Shown here in pieces: positions 37,675 to 47,508 of a DNA stretch of 64,000 nt. Within the stretch, counting starts at the first letter, position 1. Every line of letters starts with the position of its first letter. The DNA lies in the NCBI GenBank assembly GCA_021735445.1, contig JAIPHA010000003.1:903-64902 (forward strand). Direction: 5' to 3'. This stretch comes from Candidatus Omnitrophota bacterium (GTDB lineage: Bacteria > Omnitrophota > Gorgyraeia > Duberdicusellales > 4484-171). The notes beneath the pieces are model-generated. The model made no database searches. It was not told where the DNA came from and saw only the letters and a list, made by a program, of their open reading frames with translations. The translations under genes and the position numbers were made by a program.

Positions 37675-38235
37675 ATGAAGAAGAAAGGGAATATTTTGAT
37701 TGGGATTTGTGGGGGGATAGCTGCTTACAAAATATGTCAGTTGGTGAGGCTTTTGGTAAAGAATGGCTATTTAGTTAAGGTAATGATGACTCCTGCGGCA
37801 ACTGAATTCATCCGGCCGTTGGTATTTAAAGAATTAACAGGCCAGCCGGTTTACCAAAAGATGTTTTCTTTAGGCAATCAGGATGCCCAGCATATAAGTT
37901 TATCAGAGTGGGCAGACCTGGCGATTATCGCTCCTTTGTCAGCCAATACGCTTTCAAAAGTGGCTTGCGGAATTTGTGACAATTTATTAACCTCAGTTGT
38001 TTGCGCGCTAACTTCTTCGAAGCCAGTTTTACTTGCGCCCGCGATGAATGAAGGTATGTGGAAAAATCCTCTAATTCAAGAAAATTTATTTCGTTTAAAA
38101 AAAATAAAAAATTATACAGTTCTTTCTCCCGAGAGAGGAGAACTTGCTTGTAAAACTATAGGAATTGGCAGGATGGCTGAACCAGGCAAAATTTATAAAA
38201 AGGCCGAAGCCATTCTTAAAAAACCTAAAAGCTGA
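37675..38235 (+). CDS. coaC: Phosphopantothenoylcysteine decarboxylase flavoprotein (stand-alone CoaC)
   Basis: ILIGICGGIAAYK, MTPAATEFI and APLSANTLSKVACGICDNLL motifs. Confidence 0.88.
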   Translation: MKKKGNILIGICGGIAAYKICQLVRLLVKNGYLVKVMMTPAATEFIRPLVFKELTGQPVYQKMFSLGNQDAQHISLSEWADLAIIAPLSANTLSKVACGICDNLLTSVVCALTSSKPVLLAPAMNEGMWKNPLIQENLFRLKKIKNYTVLSPERGELACKTIGIGRMAEPGKIYKKAEAILKKPKS

Positions 38236-38263
38236 TTAAATCTGTTTTAATTGATAGCTTAAT

Positions 38264-39202
38264 ATGAATATACTTTTTTTTGCTGTTGTAATTTTTATCC
38301 TCTTGGTAATCCTTGTGATTTTGCTGGTTTTCTTAAAGAAGAATCCCAGAGAAGATTTTATTGGAAAAATTGATTCTTTAAAAGAGGAGTTTTCAAAAAG
38401 CTTAAATCAAGCCCAAACAAATCAACTGAATTCTTTTAATTCTATTTTTTCTCAGTTATCCGGGCTGTATGAAAAATTAGGCGGCCTGGATAAAGAGAGT
38501 AAAGAAATTCATAGCCTTACCAAGGCTTTCCAAAATATTTTAATACCTACCAAGAAACGGGGAACTCTGGGGGAAAACCTGGTTGAAAATTTATTACGGG
38601 AAGTGTTACCGGATGAAACTATATTAAGCCAGCATACGTTTCGAGACGGGAAAAGGGTTGATTTTGTAATTAAACTGCCGGATGCTTTAGTCCCTATTGA
38701 TGCGAAGTTCTCTTTGGATACTTTTAGAAGCTACATAGAGGCAGACCAGGGAGAAAAGAAACAAAGACGCAAGGTGTGTATAGATAGTATCAAAAAAAGA
38801 ATCCTGGAAACTTCTCAATATATTTATCCTGACGAAGGAACGGTTGATTTTTCTTTAATGTATGTTCCTTCCGAGGCGGTATATTATTTCATAATCACAG
38901 ATACTAATTTATTGGAGTTTGCCCGGCGGAAGAAAGTGTTTATCGCCGGCCCAAACACCTTATATACTTATCTTAAAACTTTATGTATTGGCTTTCGGGC
39001 TTTAAAGATAGAAAAGAGCGCTAAGCAAATTTATGATATTTTAGGCAGGCTGGAGAAAGATGTGGAATCTTTTATAAAAGAATACAATGTTTTAGGAACC
39101 CATTTGCGTTCAGCGACTTCAAAATATCAGGAGCTTAACCGAAAAATCGAAAATGTGGCCTTACAACTAAATAATATTGAAAATAAAAGAAGTGAAGCTT
39201 AA
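38264..39202 (+). CDS. rmuC: DNA recombination protein RmuC
   Basis: N-terminal TM helix and coiled coil; RGTLGENLVENLL...VDFVIKLPD...IDAKF nuclease-like core. Confidence 0.88.
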   Translation: MNILFFAVVIFILLVILVILLVFLKKNPREDFIGKIDSLKEEFSKSLNQAQTNQLNSFNSIFSQLSGLYEKLGGLDKESKEIHSLTKAFQNILIPTKKRGTLGENLVENLLREVLPDETILSQHTFRDGKRVDFVIKLPDALVPIDAKFSLDTFRSYIEADQGEKKQRRKVCIDSIKKRILETSQYIYPDEGTVDFSLMYVPSEAVYYFIITDTNLLEFARRKKVFIAGPNTLYTYLKTLCIGFRALKIEKSAKQIYDILGRLEKDVESFIKEYNVLGTHLRSATSKYQELNRKIENVALQLNNIENKRSEA

Positions 39203-39410
39203 GATAAGAGTTATCCCGAATGCCAAAAAAATTAAAGTAAAACTATCCGGGGACTCAGCCAGAATTTACCTTACTGCTCAGGCTAAAGACGGAGCAGCCA
39301 ATAAGCAATTAAAAAAGGTTTTAGCTGATTACTTAAATACCAAAAAGAGCAATGTTCATATAGCCAGAGGCCAGAAATCCCGGGATAAGGTCGTTGAGAT
39401 AAATAAATAG
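39177..39410 (+). CDS. DUF167 (YggU-like) small protein
   Basis: KIRVIPNAKK...AQAKDGAANKQLKKVLADYL...GQKSRDKVVEI matches the YggU family pattern. The start is uncertain (TTG at 39177 or GTG at 39192). Confidence 0.7.
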   Translation: MKIKEVKLKIRVIPNAKKIKVKLSGDSARIYLTAQAKDGAANKQLKKVLADYLNTKKSNVHIARGQKSRDKVVEINK

Positions 39411-39432
39411 ATATTTTGTTCCAAAATGATAA

Positions 39433-40107
39433 ATGTTCAATAAAGGTATTAAGCTAAACGAAACTAGGTTTTGTTTTTTTATTGAAAACCTCTTCTCTCC
39501 TAATATAATTTCCGGTTTCAGCAAATCTTCCCTGCCCGGGGAGCTCCCCGGTGATTTTAATAAATTAATATCATATATAGGTAAGAAAAACAGTTTTAGT
39601 TACATGGACCAGAAGCATTCAGCCGGGTTGGCTTTAGCCCAAAAACCGGGCCTTTATGACGCCGATGGTTTGTTTACCAAGGATAAGAATCATTTTTTGG
39701 TGGTAAAAACGGCTGATTGCCTCCCTTTACTTTTAGCAAATGGAGATGGTTTAGCCGGGGTTATTCATATGGGATGGCGTTCAGCAAAGAAAGGGATATT
39801 AAAGAACATCTCTTTTGATTTAACTGATTTCAAGGTAGTAGCCGGATTAGGTTTAAGAAGCTGCTGTTATCAGGTTGGGGCTGAGTTTAGAGAGTTTAGT
39901 GAACTATCTTCTTATTTAAGAACGACCCCAAAGGGAGTTTTTTTTGAGCCGGTTCGATTTGCCCGGGATAAGTTAATTGCTCAAGGTTTAAAAAAAGATA
40001 ATTTTTTTGACCTCAGTTTGTGCAGCTATTGTTCAGGAGGTGATTTTTTTTCTTACCGAAGAGATAAAACCAGTAAACGTAATTTGTCTTTTATTGGATT
40101 GAGGTAA
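39433..40107 (+). CDS. pgeF: YfiH/PgeF family (laccase-domain) protein
   Basis: TADCLPLLL, HMGWRS and CSYC...FFSYRRD motifs. Confidence 0.85.
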   Translation: MFNKGIKLNETRFCFFIENLFSPNIISGFSKSSLPGELPGDFNKLISYIGKKNSFSYMDQKHSAGLALAQKPGLYDADGLFTKDKNHFLVVKTADCLPLLLANGDGLAGVIHMGWRSAKKGILKNISFDLTDFKVVAGLGLRSCCYQVGAEFREFSELSSYLRTTPKGVFFEPVRFARDKLIAQGLKKDNFFDLSLCSYCSGGDFFSYRRDKTSKRNLSFIGLR

Positions 40108-40210
40108 AGAATTTATAAAATTATTAATTATCGATAACCCAAGATATTGGGGGGTTGTCCAAAACTATACAATATATAGTAAAGTTATTAAAAATTATAC
40201 TAAATTATAC

Positions 40211-40241
40211 TTGACAAGGTTTAATATAACGTTTTTAATAT
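40211..40241 (+). promoter_or_regulatory. Possible promoter of the pilus cluster (TTGACA plus an AT-rich -10 region)
   Basis: TTGACA at 40211-40216; -10 candidates are tttaat at 40234-39 and taatat at 40236-41. Confidence 0.35.
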
Positions 40242-40264
40242 AAACATAGGAAAAAAGGTAAAAA

Positions 40265-40447
40265 ATGAAAAAGAAAAGACTACCAAGATTAATGACGGTC
40301 GAAGAGCTAGCTGATTATCTGGGCTTGCAGAAGCAGACTATCTATAATTGGCTGCATCAAAAAAAGATTTCCGGAATCAAAATTGGAAAAGTATGGAGAT
40401 TCGACAGAAAATATATCGATAAATGGCTTAAGGAGATGCAAAAATAG
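40265..40447 (+). CDS. Excisionase-family (MerR-like) helix-turn-helix DNA-binding protein
   Basis: TVEELADYLGLQKQTIYNWLHQKKISGIKIGKVWRFDRKYIDKWL; 60 aa and the first gene of the pilus cluster. Confidence 0.75.
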   Translation: MKKKRLPRLMTVEELADYLGLQKQTIYNWLHQKKISGIKIGKVWRFDRKYIDKWLKEMQK

Positions 40448-40450
40448 AAA

Positions 40451-41947
40451 ATGGCTAAAAAAGAACAAGTAGGATTGTATTTGGGCGTAAATTCTGTAGC
40501 AGCTTCTTTGGTAGAAGCAAAAAAGCTGGTGTCTTCTTCTTATGCCGAGGTGTCTTCTGACCAGGATTCAGTTGAAAAACTCCAAGAAAATGTGAGAATT
40601 CAGGCTTCTTTGAATAAAATAATGCGGGAAGCGCATATCGAAAGTAAAAAAATCCATTTGTCTGCTGCCGATAAAAATTTTATTTTCCGTTACCTGGAAT
40701 TACCTTTAATGAGAAAAAAGGATATAGAATCAGCTTTATTTTTTGAAATAGAAAAATATATTCCTTTTAAGACCAAAGAGCTGATTTGGGATTATCAATA
40801 TGTCCAGTCCAGAAGAGACAAAAAAACAAAAGTTTCTTTTGTGGGGATGAGAGAAAGTAATTACAAACAAATCGGAGAGATACTTTCACAATTAGATTTA
40901 TCTTTGCAATCCCTGGAGCCTGCGTCTATTTCTTTGGCTCGTTTGGTTAAATCTAATAAAAATTTTTCTAAAGATAAAGACTTTGTTATTTTAGATGTAA
41001 GCTATCATGAAGGTTACCTTACTTTTTTCCAGGATGATTTACCCGTTTTTAACCGCCACTTTGATGTTTCGAAAACAGAAGGTAAGTTTGATAAAGATAA
41101 GTTTGTTGAAGCGGTTAATTATTCATTCCAATATTTTCGAAGAGAATACAAAAAGGCCGATATCGGGAAAATTATAGCTGTTGGTAATGTTTTAGATGAA
41201 GAAGTAATAGGTTCTTTAGAGGAAACTCTTCGCTTAGAAGTAAAAAAAGTGTCTTCTTTAGATTTAATTCCTTTCCAAAAAGAACTTTCCGTTGAAGAGG
41301 TCAAATCCTCCGGCGTTGCCTTAAGAAAAACTTTAGCTTATAAATTTGATCCCATTTTAGAAGAAAGGGAGGAAACAGCTGCAACCGAAACAGTCAAGGT
41401 TGTAGATGTTACAGCTGGTTGGCGTTATGGATTATTAGTTGGATTGTTGATTGCCGGCCTCTTAGGTTCTTATTTTTTATGGTCCCGGTTGAATCAGCGG
41501 GTGTGGGCTAAGAAAGAACGCATAATTACCGAAGAAAAGAGCATAGAGGTAACCGATAGCCTGGTAGGCCTCAGCAAGCAGGCAGTAGAAGAAAAGGTAG
41601 CCGAGAAAAAAGAACAAATCGAACATCTAAAAGGCAATGAATCTTCTGATTTAGAAATTTGGCCTTTTTTAGATTTTTTAAGACAAAAAGAAAATATCCC
41701 TCAACAGCTTTGGCTGGAAAGATTAAACATTGAGCAGGCAGGAAACGAATACCGGGGTGAAATGTCAGGGTATGTTTATTTTCAGGATAGTGTAAAAGAA
41801 AGCACTGCGGTAGATGAATTTGTAAGGAACCTAAAAAATGATAGAAGCATTGGCAATATCTTTTCCAGAATTCAGTTAAATTCTGTAAGAAAAGAAAAAT
41901 TAAATAATTATTCTGTAACAAATTTTAAAATTGATTTTAAAAAATAA
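40451..41947 (+). CDS. PilM-like actin-fold protein fused to a PilN-like transmembrane/periplasmic region
   Basis: N-terminal ~320 aa are PilM-like (GLYLGVNSVAASLVE...), followed by a single TM helix (WRYGLLVGLLIAGLLGSYFLW) and a ~150-aa tail. It lies upstream of pilO/Q/B/C. Confidence 0.6.
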   Translation: MAKKEQVGLYLGVNSVAASLVEAKKLVSSSYAEVSSDQDSVEKLQENVRIQASLNKIMREAHIESKKIHLSAADKNFIFRYLELPLMRKKDIESALFFEIEKYIPFKTKELIWDYQYVQSRRDKKTKVSFVGMRESNYKQIGEILSQLDLSLQSLEPASISLARLVKSNKNFSKDKDFVILDVSYHEGYLTFFQDDLPVFNRHFDVSKTEGKFDKDKFVEAVNYSFQYFRREYKKADIGKIIAVGNVLDEEVIGSLEETLRLEVKKVSSLDLIPFQKELSVEEVKSSGVALRKTLAYKFDPILEEREETAATETVKVVDVTAGWRYGLLVGLLIAGLLGSYFLWSRLNQRVWAKKERIITEEKSIEVTDSLVGLSKQAVEEKVAEKKEQIEHLKGNESSDLEIWPFLDFLRQKENIPQQLWLERLNIEQAGNEYRGEMSGYVYFQDSVKESTAVDEFVRNLKNDRSIGNIFSRIQLNSVRKEKLNNYSVTNFKIDFKK

Positions 41948-41958
41948 AAGGAATTGAT

Positions 41959-42459
41959 ATGAGTGACCTTACCCAAATGGATGTAAAAGACCTTCTTTAT
42001 TATAAAAATACTCTGGCAACAATAGCTATAGTGGTTATTTTTGGATTGGTTGCTAAGAATATCGTCGCTGATTATAACCAAAAGATGGCGTCTTTAGATG
42101 AAGAAAAGAAGAAAAACCAAGAATATAAATGGGCGGTGGAGGAGTATAATAGCTTAAAATCCCGTTATGATAGTTTAGCTGAAAAATATTTCCAGAAAGA
42201 TAGCATGGCTTTAAAGAATTACGTTGAAAGGGCCGCAGTTAATCAAGGTATTCAAATTAGTTCTTTGCGGCCAACCCGGGAAGAAGAAGGTTTTTATTGG
42301 GTGGATAAAATAGCTATAGAGATTGACGCTTCTTACTATAACTTTGTCCAATTCGTAAAAGATTTAGAAAGTAAGAAAATAGAAGTGGAAAAAGCACAGA
42401 TGACTCAAAAGGGCGATCAAGTAAGTGTGCAATTATTTATAAAAACGATTAGTTTATGA
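41959..42459 (+). CDS. PilO/GspM-like pilus alignment protein
   Basis: N-terminal TM helix, a coiled coil, then a ferredoxin-like C-terminal region (YYNFVQFVKDLES...VSVQLFIKT), plus operon position. Confidence 0.5.
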   Translation: MSDLTQMDVKDLLYYKNTLATIAIVVIFGLVAKNIVADYNQKMASLDEEKKKNQEYKWAVEEYNSLKSRYDSLAEKYFQKDSMALKNYVERAAVNQGIQISSLRPTREEEGFYWVDKIAIEIDASYYNFVQFVKDLESKKIEVEKAQMTQKGDQVSVQLFIKTISL

Positions 42460-42815
42460 TGAAAACACGATTGAGCCTATTTTTATTTTTTATTTTTTCG
42501 GTTACTGCCGGTTATGCTCAAACCGATTACAAGAACCCTTTTGAATCGGGGCTGCCTCAGGAAGCAGTTGAGGCCGAGACTACTGAATCGACCCAAGAGG
42601 TAGGAGGCAGCGTAGGGAGCTTGCCGGAAGGGATTACTATAGAAGGGGTTTTATGGGGCAGTGAAATGCCGCAGGCGATAATCAATGGAGGGGTATACAA
42701 GCAGGGTGATAAATTAAAAGATAATAAAAGTGTTTCTATTTTTAATATCAAGGATAATACAGTATTCTTTTCATATCAAGGTAAGATTTTTAAAAAAAAG
42801 CCTACAAAACAATAG
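42456..42815 (+). CDS. Secreted PilP/GspC-HR-like small protein
   Basis: Signal peptide and a C-terminal beta-rich block (ITIEGVLWGSEMPQAIINGGVYKQGDKL...) resembling secretin-binding PilP/GspC HR domains; immediately upstream of the secretin gene. Confidence 0.4.
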   Translation: MMKTRLSLFLFFIFSVTAGYAQTDYKNPFESGLPQEAVEAETTESTQEVGGSVGSLPEGITIEGVLWGSEMPQAIINGGVYKQGDKLKDNKSVSIFNIKDNTVFFSYQGKIFKKKPTKQ

Positions 42816-42833
42816 AATAAGGGAGGCGGTAAG

Positions 42834-44384
42834 ATGAAAAAAATAGTATTGATAATATTAGTTGCTCTGGTTTTTATTCCGGGTAAAGTTTTCGCCAAAG
42901 AAAGTAGTTATGACAGTTATTTTTTCGATAGCGAGAAAAGCACTGGCTTAATTTCAGACGATATTTTTGGAGATTATCTTCTATTTAGCAAGGAGCAAAC
43001 AGTTTCTTTGGATTTAGAAGGGGCAAAGTTAGTGAATGTGTTAAAAATGCTTTCTCAGCAGACAGGGCTTAATTTTATCTCGACCGATGCAGTGCGTGGC
43101 AGAGAAATGACCCTTTATATTCAAAATGTGCCCTTGAAAAAGGCAATGGATATAATTTTTCAATCTAACAATTTAAGTTATGATTTTTACCCTGAAGCCG
43201 AGATGTTTGTGATAAAAGAAATGGGCAAGCCCAGCCTTGAGCTTAAAACCAAGGTATACCATCTAAAATACGCCCGGGTTTTAAGTTCGAACATGCAAAA
43301 AGAAATTGACCAAATTCTAAAAGAGATAAAAGAAGGCGGCGCCGCCGGCGGAGGCAGCAGCGGAGGCAGCGGAGCAGCAAGAACCGGGATAAAAAAAGTA
43401 ATCGAGCAAGCATTGAGCGAGTCAGGAAGAGTTGTCGTAAACCAGGCTACCAACTCGATAGTTGTAATCGATGTTCCGTCACAGTTTCCTGTTATCGATG
43501 ATCTTGTTGCCAGGCTGGACACCCCTCCCCAGAAGATTATGATTGAAGTTGAAATTCTCGATGTAAGCAAGGATGTAATCGATAAAATAGGGATTAAACA
43601 TGATGGAAGCGTACGAAGCGGGATTTCCGGTTTATTTACGCCTTTTCCTAATGTTTTTAACCCGAATAAGGGGCCGGTTCCCTGGCGGACTTCAACCATT
43701 GACCTTAGCGATATTAATATAGTTGCTCAGCTTTATAAGCAAGATATGACTGCTAAAATTCTTGCCCGGCCGAGGATTATAACCCTTAACAACGAAACCG
43801 CCGAGATTGATGTTGTAACCGATGAAGTAATTGGTACTAAAATAGAGTATGACGATGACGGGAATATCCAATCAAGCGAAGCTAAAAGAATTTCCGATGT
43901 AGGAGGTTATAAAGGTTCCGGTGTAACTTTAAGAGTCACCCCTCAGGTTAGCCCTTTGACTAATGAGATTACCTTAATAGTATACCCTTCGGTAGTAGAT
44001 ACTACCGCTTCAACTTTTACAGACGAACAGGGCAATACCTATAGAAATATCGAAGACAGAAGCACCCGTTCGGTAGTCAGGCTTGATGAAGGAGAAACTT
44101 TGCTTTTAGGCGGCCTGATAAAAAATGATGAAAAAGCAACCGTAACTAAAGTCCCTTTTTTAGGGGATATTCCTTTATTGGGAGCTTTATTCCGTCATAA
44201 AGACACTACCGGAAGCGGGGATAGAGAGTTACTTGTGTTTTTGACCCCAAGAATTATTAAAGGAAAAAGCTTTAGAGGCAAGACCGATAAAAGGGCCTTT
44301 CTTAGCCGGGAACAGTCAAATCCGGAAAAAGAATTTGCTGTCGACAATACTTTAAACAGATACATGCTGAAAAGAAGAGATTGA
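42834..44384 (+). CDS. pilQ: Secretin (PilQ/GspD family)
   Basis: N-terminal STN-like domain, a Gly/Ser linker, and a C-terminal secretin core with VPFLGDIPLLGALFRHK. Confidence 0.88.
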   Translation: MKKIVLIILVALVFIPGKVFAKESSYDSYFFDSEKSTGLISDDIFGDYLLFSKEQTVSLDLEGAKLVNVLKMLSQQTGLNFISTDAVRGREMTLYIQNVPLKKAMDIIFQSNNLSYDFYPEAEMFVIKEMGKPSLELKTKVYHLKYARVLSSNMQKEIDQILKEIKEGGAAGGGSSGGSGAARTGIKKVIEQALSESGRVVVNQATNSIVVIDVPSQFPVIDDLVARLDTPPQKIMIEVEILDVSKDVIDKIGIKHDGSVRSGISGLFTPFPNVFNPNKGPVPWRTSTIDLSDINIVAQLYKQDMTAKILARPRIITLNNETAEIDVVTDEVIGTKIEYDDDGNIQSSEAKRISDVGGYKGSGVTLRVTPQVSPLTNEITLIVYPSVVDTTASTFTDEQGNTYRNIEDRSTRSVVRLDEGETLLLGGLIKNDEKATVTKVPFLGDIPLLGALFRHKDTTGSGDRELLVFLTPRIIKGKSFRGKTDKRAFLSREQSNPEKEFAVDNTLNRYMLKRRD

Positions 44385-44387
44385 TAT

Positions 44388-46103
44388 ATGGCCAGATATA
44401 AGAGATTAGGAGATGTGCTAATATCCGAAGGCATGATTACCGATGCCCAACTTGGCGAAGCTTTAAAAAAGCAGGAAGGCGGCGGCGGGAAGCTGGGTGA
44501 GTTATTGGTAAAACTGGAATATGTCGATGAAAAGCAAATCGCTGTTGCATTAAGCAAGCAGTTAGGCATTGCCTATATTTCCAAAACTTCCGGCAAACTT
44601 AAACCGGTTTCCGACCAGAACTTAGAAGAGTTAATCCCGCATGATTTTGCTATAAAGAATGTAGTTTTGCCTTTATCCCGCAGCCTGAACTCGATAACTG
44701 TAGTTATGGCTGACCCCCTGGATTTGATTTTAATCGATAATATTAAGAAAATGACCGGTTGTGAGGTTAATATTGTTGTTTCAATTAGGCAGGATATCTT
44801 AGAAGCAATCGAAAAATTTTATGGAAAGGAAAAAATGCTTCGTTCTGCCATTGAAGCCAGCAAGGATGATGAAAGCGAAGGCCTTGGCATAAAAGAGATA
44901 TCATCAGAAGAAACCGATTTAAGTTTAGATAAAATGGTGGCGCAAGCCGAGGAAGCGCCGGTTGTTAAATTAGTAGATTTAATTATTAGGCAAGCTATCG
45001 AAGAAGATGCTTCCGATATTCATATTGAACCGCATCATAATGATCTTAAATTACGTTATCGGATAGATGGTGTGCTTTATGATATGCCGTCACCCTCGGT
45101 GGCTTTATATTTGCCGATAGTTTCAAGAATTAAAATACTTTCCCGGATGGATATAGCTGAGAAACGCCTGCCCCAAGATGGCGGTTTTATGGTAAAAATT
45201 AATAAAAGATTAATTGATTTAAGGGTTTCGATGCTTCCTACTATCTATGGGGAAAAGGCAGTTTTAAGAATTTTAGATAAAAGCAGAGTCCCTCTTGATT
45301 TAGCTAAATTAGGGTTTTTCCCTGAAGAATTAGAGTTAATTCGCAAAGGGATAAAATCTTCCTATGGCCTGGTCCTTCTTACCGGCCCTACTGGTTCCGG
45401 TAAGTCAACAACTCTTTATGCGTCATTAGCCGAAATAAAATCCGCTAAAACCAATATTATTACCGCTGAAGATCCGGTCGAGTATAGGATTGAAGGCATT
45501 AACCAGGTTCAGGTGAAGCCAGATATTGGGCTTACTTTCGCTAATGCTTTAAAGAGCTTTTTGCGCCAGGATCCGGATATAATTTTGGTGGGAGAAACCA
45601 GGGATTTAGAAACTGCCGAGATGACTATTCGAGCCGCTTTAACCGGCCATTTAGTTTTTTCTACTTTGCATACAAATGACGCTCCTTCAACTATCAACCG
45701 TTTGGTAGATATCGGTTTACCAGCCTATTTGGTAACGGCATCATTAAAATTGATTATTGCACAAAGGTTGGCTAGAAAATTATGCCCTCATTGCAAGGAA
45801 CCTTACGAAATCGATAAGGTTGATTTACCGGAAGGAGTTGAATTAGATTCCCAAGTTATTTATCGGCCGAAGGGGTGTGATAAATGTAATTCTATCGGCT
45901 ATAAAGGAAGGACGATAATTTCGGAAGTTATATTGCTTGATGAAGAGACTAAACGTTTAATTCACCAAGGGGCTACTCCTCCTCAGATTATGGAATCGGC
46001 TAAAAAGAAAGGATCTTATACTTTGCTGGAAAGCGGGTTAAAAAGGGTTACCGAGGGGATAACCTCTCTGGAAGAAGTAATTTCCATAGCAGCAGCCACT
46101 TAA
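44388..46103 (+). CDS. pilB: GspE/PilB-family assembly ATPase with an N-terminal MshEN domain
   Basis: RLGDVLISEGMITDAQLGEALKKQ N-domain, GPTGSGKSTT Walker A, GETRD and a tetracysteine motif (CPHC...CDKC). Confidence 0.92.
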   Translation: MARYKRLGDVLISEGMITDAQLGEALKKQEGGGGKLGELLVKLEYVDEKQIAVALSKQLGIAYISKTSGKLKPVSDQNLEELIPHDFAIKNVVLPLSRSLNSITVVMADPLDLILIDNIKKMTGCEVNIVVSIRQDILEAIEKFYGKEKMLRSAIEASKDDESEGLGIKEISSEETDLSLDKMVAQAEEAPVVKLVDLIIRQAIEEDASDIHIEPHHNDLKLRYRIDGVLYDMPSPSVALYLPIVSRIKILSRMDIAEKRLPQDGGFMVKINKRLIDLRVSMLPTIYGEKAVLRILDKSRVPLDLAKLGFFPEELELIRKGIKSSYGLVLLTGPTGSGKSTTLYASLAEIKSAKTNIITAEDPVEYRIEGINQVQVKPDIGLTFANALKSFLRQDPDIILVGETRDLETAEMTIRAALTGHLVFSTLHTNDAPSTINRLVDIGLPAYLVTASLKLIIAQRLARKLCPHCKEPYEIDKVDLPEGVELDSQVIYRPKGCDKCNSIGYKGRTIISEVILLDEETKRLIHQGATPPQIMESAKKKGSYTLLESGLKRVTEGITSLEEVISIAAAT

Positions 46104-46116
46104 AACAAATTATTTT

Positions 46117-47343
46117 ATGCCAAGGTTCAATTATAAAGTTAAAAATAAATCCGGTGATACTTTAAAAGACTCTCAAGAAGCGATCTCTAAGGCGGAGATG
46201 ATTTCACGCTTGAGGCGGGAAGGGTATTTTATAATATCTATATCGGAAGAAAAAAGCAAAAAGAAAAAAAGATCCTCTCTTTTTAAAAAAAAGCAAAAAA
46301 AGCGCCAATCGGTGAAACTTGCCGACTTAACTTTTTTAGCCCGGAATTTGGCCACTACCTTATCTAGCGGGATTACTCTATTAAGAGGCCTTGAGCTTGT
46401 GTCGTATCAATCACAAAGCGGAAAACTTGAATCTATTTTAAAGGAGTGTTCTGCCCATATTCGGGATGGATTGAGTTTGGCCGAGGCGATTGCCAAATAT
46501 CCTAAAATCTTTTCTCAGTTTTGGCTGGGTATTGTCAAAGTGGGGGAATCATCCGGTAACCTTCCTTTTGTTTTGAACCAGCTGGCAGATTATCTTGAAA
46601 TGAGGATGGAGTTTGAGAGAAAGATTCAAAGCGCTTTGGTTTATCCGGTCATTTTAAGCGTCGCCGCTGTGGCTGCGGTATTTGTTTTTTTAAAATTTAT
46701 TTTCCCAAAATTTGGCGAACTTTTTGAATCTTTTGATATAGAGCTGCCTGCTCTTACTCAATGGATTTTTTCTTTGAGTAAATTTGTCGAACATAATTGG
46801 TTTATTATTTTTGCTGCTTTGGCCGGAGCATATTTTGTATTTAGAAATTTACGGCACAGGCCGGAAGTAAAAAAGATTATCGACCGGATAATTTTTAAAA
46901 TTCCTATTTTTGGAAACATTATTTTTTTAATATATATTGAAAGGTTTACTTCAATAGTTCATATTATGCTTGAAAGCGGTTTAACTCTGGTTTATACTTT
47001 AGATATTACCGCCGACAGCATCGGCAATACTGTTTTTCAAAAGAAACTCCGTTTGGCGGCGGAAAAAGTAAGGGAAGGCGGATCTCTTTCTGAACAGCTT
47101 TCTCAAGAGGGGATTTTCCCCCTTCTTGTTTCGGAGATGTCGAAAATAGGCGAAGAAACCGGGACTATGCCGGATGTTTTTAAAAAAGTAAGCGATTATT
47201 ACCTTAAAGAGCTTAGCTCGAAGGTTGAAAGTTTGGTGGCGGCTTTTGAGCCTATAATGATTGTCGTAATGGGAATTACGATTGGAATTTTAGTTATAGC
47301 TTTATTTTTACCCTTATTTAAGTTGTCTAGTTTAGGCGTATAG
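46117..47343 (+). CDS. pilC: Type IV pilus / T2SS platform protein (PilC/GspF family)
   Basis: 408 aa with two GspF repeats (LATTLSSGITLL..., MLESGLTLV...) and three TM segments. Confidence 0.92.
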   Translation: MPRFNYKVKNKSGDTLKDSQEAISKAEMISRLRREGYFIISISEEKSKKKKRSSLFKKKQKKRQSVKLADLTFLARNLATTLSSGITLLRGLELVSYQSQSGKLESILKECSAHIRDGLSLAEAIAKYPKIFSQFWLGIVKVGESSGNLPFVLNQLADYLEMRMEFERKIQSALVYPVILSVAAVAAVFVFLKFIFPKFGELFESFDIELPALTQWIFSLSKFVEHNWFIIFAALAGAYFVFRNLRHRPEVKKIIDRIIFKIPIFGNIIFLIYIERFTSIVHIMLESGLTLVYTLDITADSIGNTVFQKKLRLAAEKVREGGSLSEQLSQEGIFPLLVSEMSKIGEETGTMPDVFKKVSDYYLKELSSKVESLVAAFEPIMIVVMGITIGILVIALFLPLFKLSSLGV

Positions 47344-47352
47344 CCTTATCTA

Positions 47353-47381
47353 TTGACATTAGAGATTAAATATGCTATATA
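47353..47381 (+). promoter_or_regulatory. Sigma-70-type promoter of the major pilin gene (TTGACA-17 nt-TGc-TATATA)
   Basis: TTGACA at 47353-47358, extended -10 tgcTATATA at 47373-47381. This predicts a ~120-nt leader before the ATG at 47509. Confidence 0.55.
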
Positions 47382-47508
47382 AAAATTGGGTAAGGTTTAT
47401 AGAGATGGGTTTATTGGTGCAAGCTGGGCCATTGGAAAAAGTATTAATAGTAGGTACAGTCAGGTATAGTCCAGCGGATGCCTGATAGTTATTTGAAAGG
47501 AGGTTTAG

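Noticed and set aside
43187-43699. 170-aa antisense ORF inside pilQ, and similar antisense or alternate-frame ORFs (e.g. 7272-7712, 44195-44569, 49063-49407, 16183-16521, 1915-2217)
   Set aside because: All lie within well-supported genes on the opposite strand or in another frame, and they have low-complexity products and no RBS.
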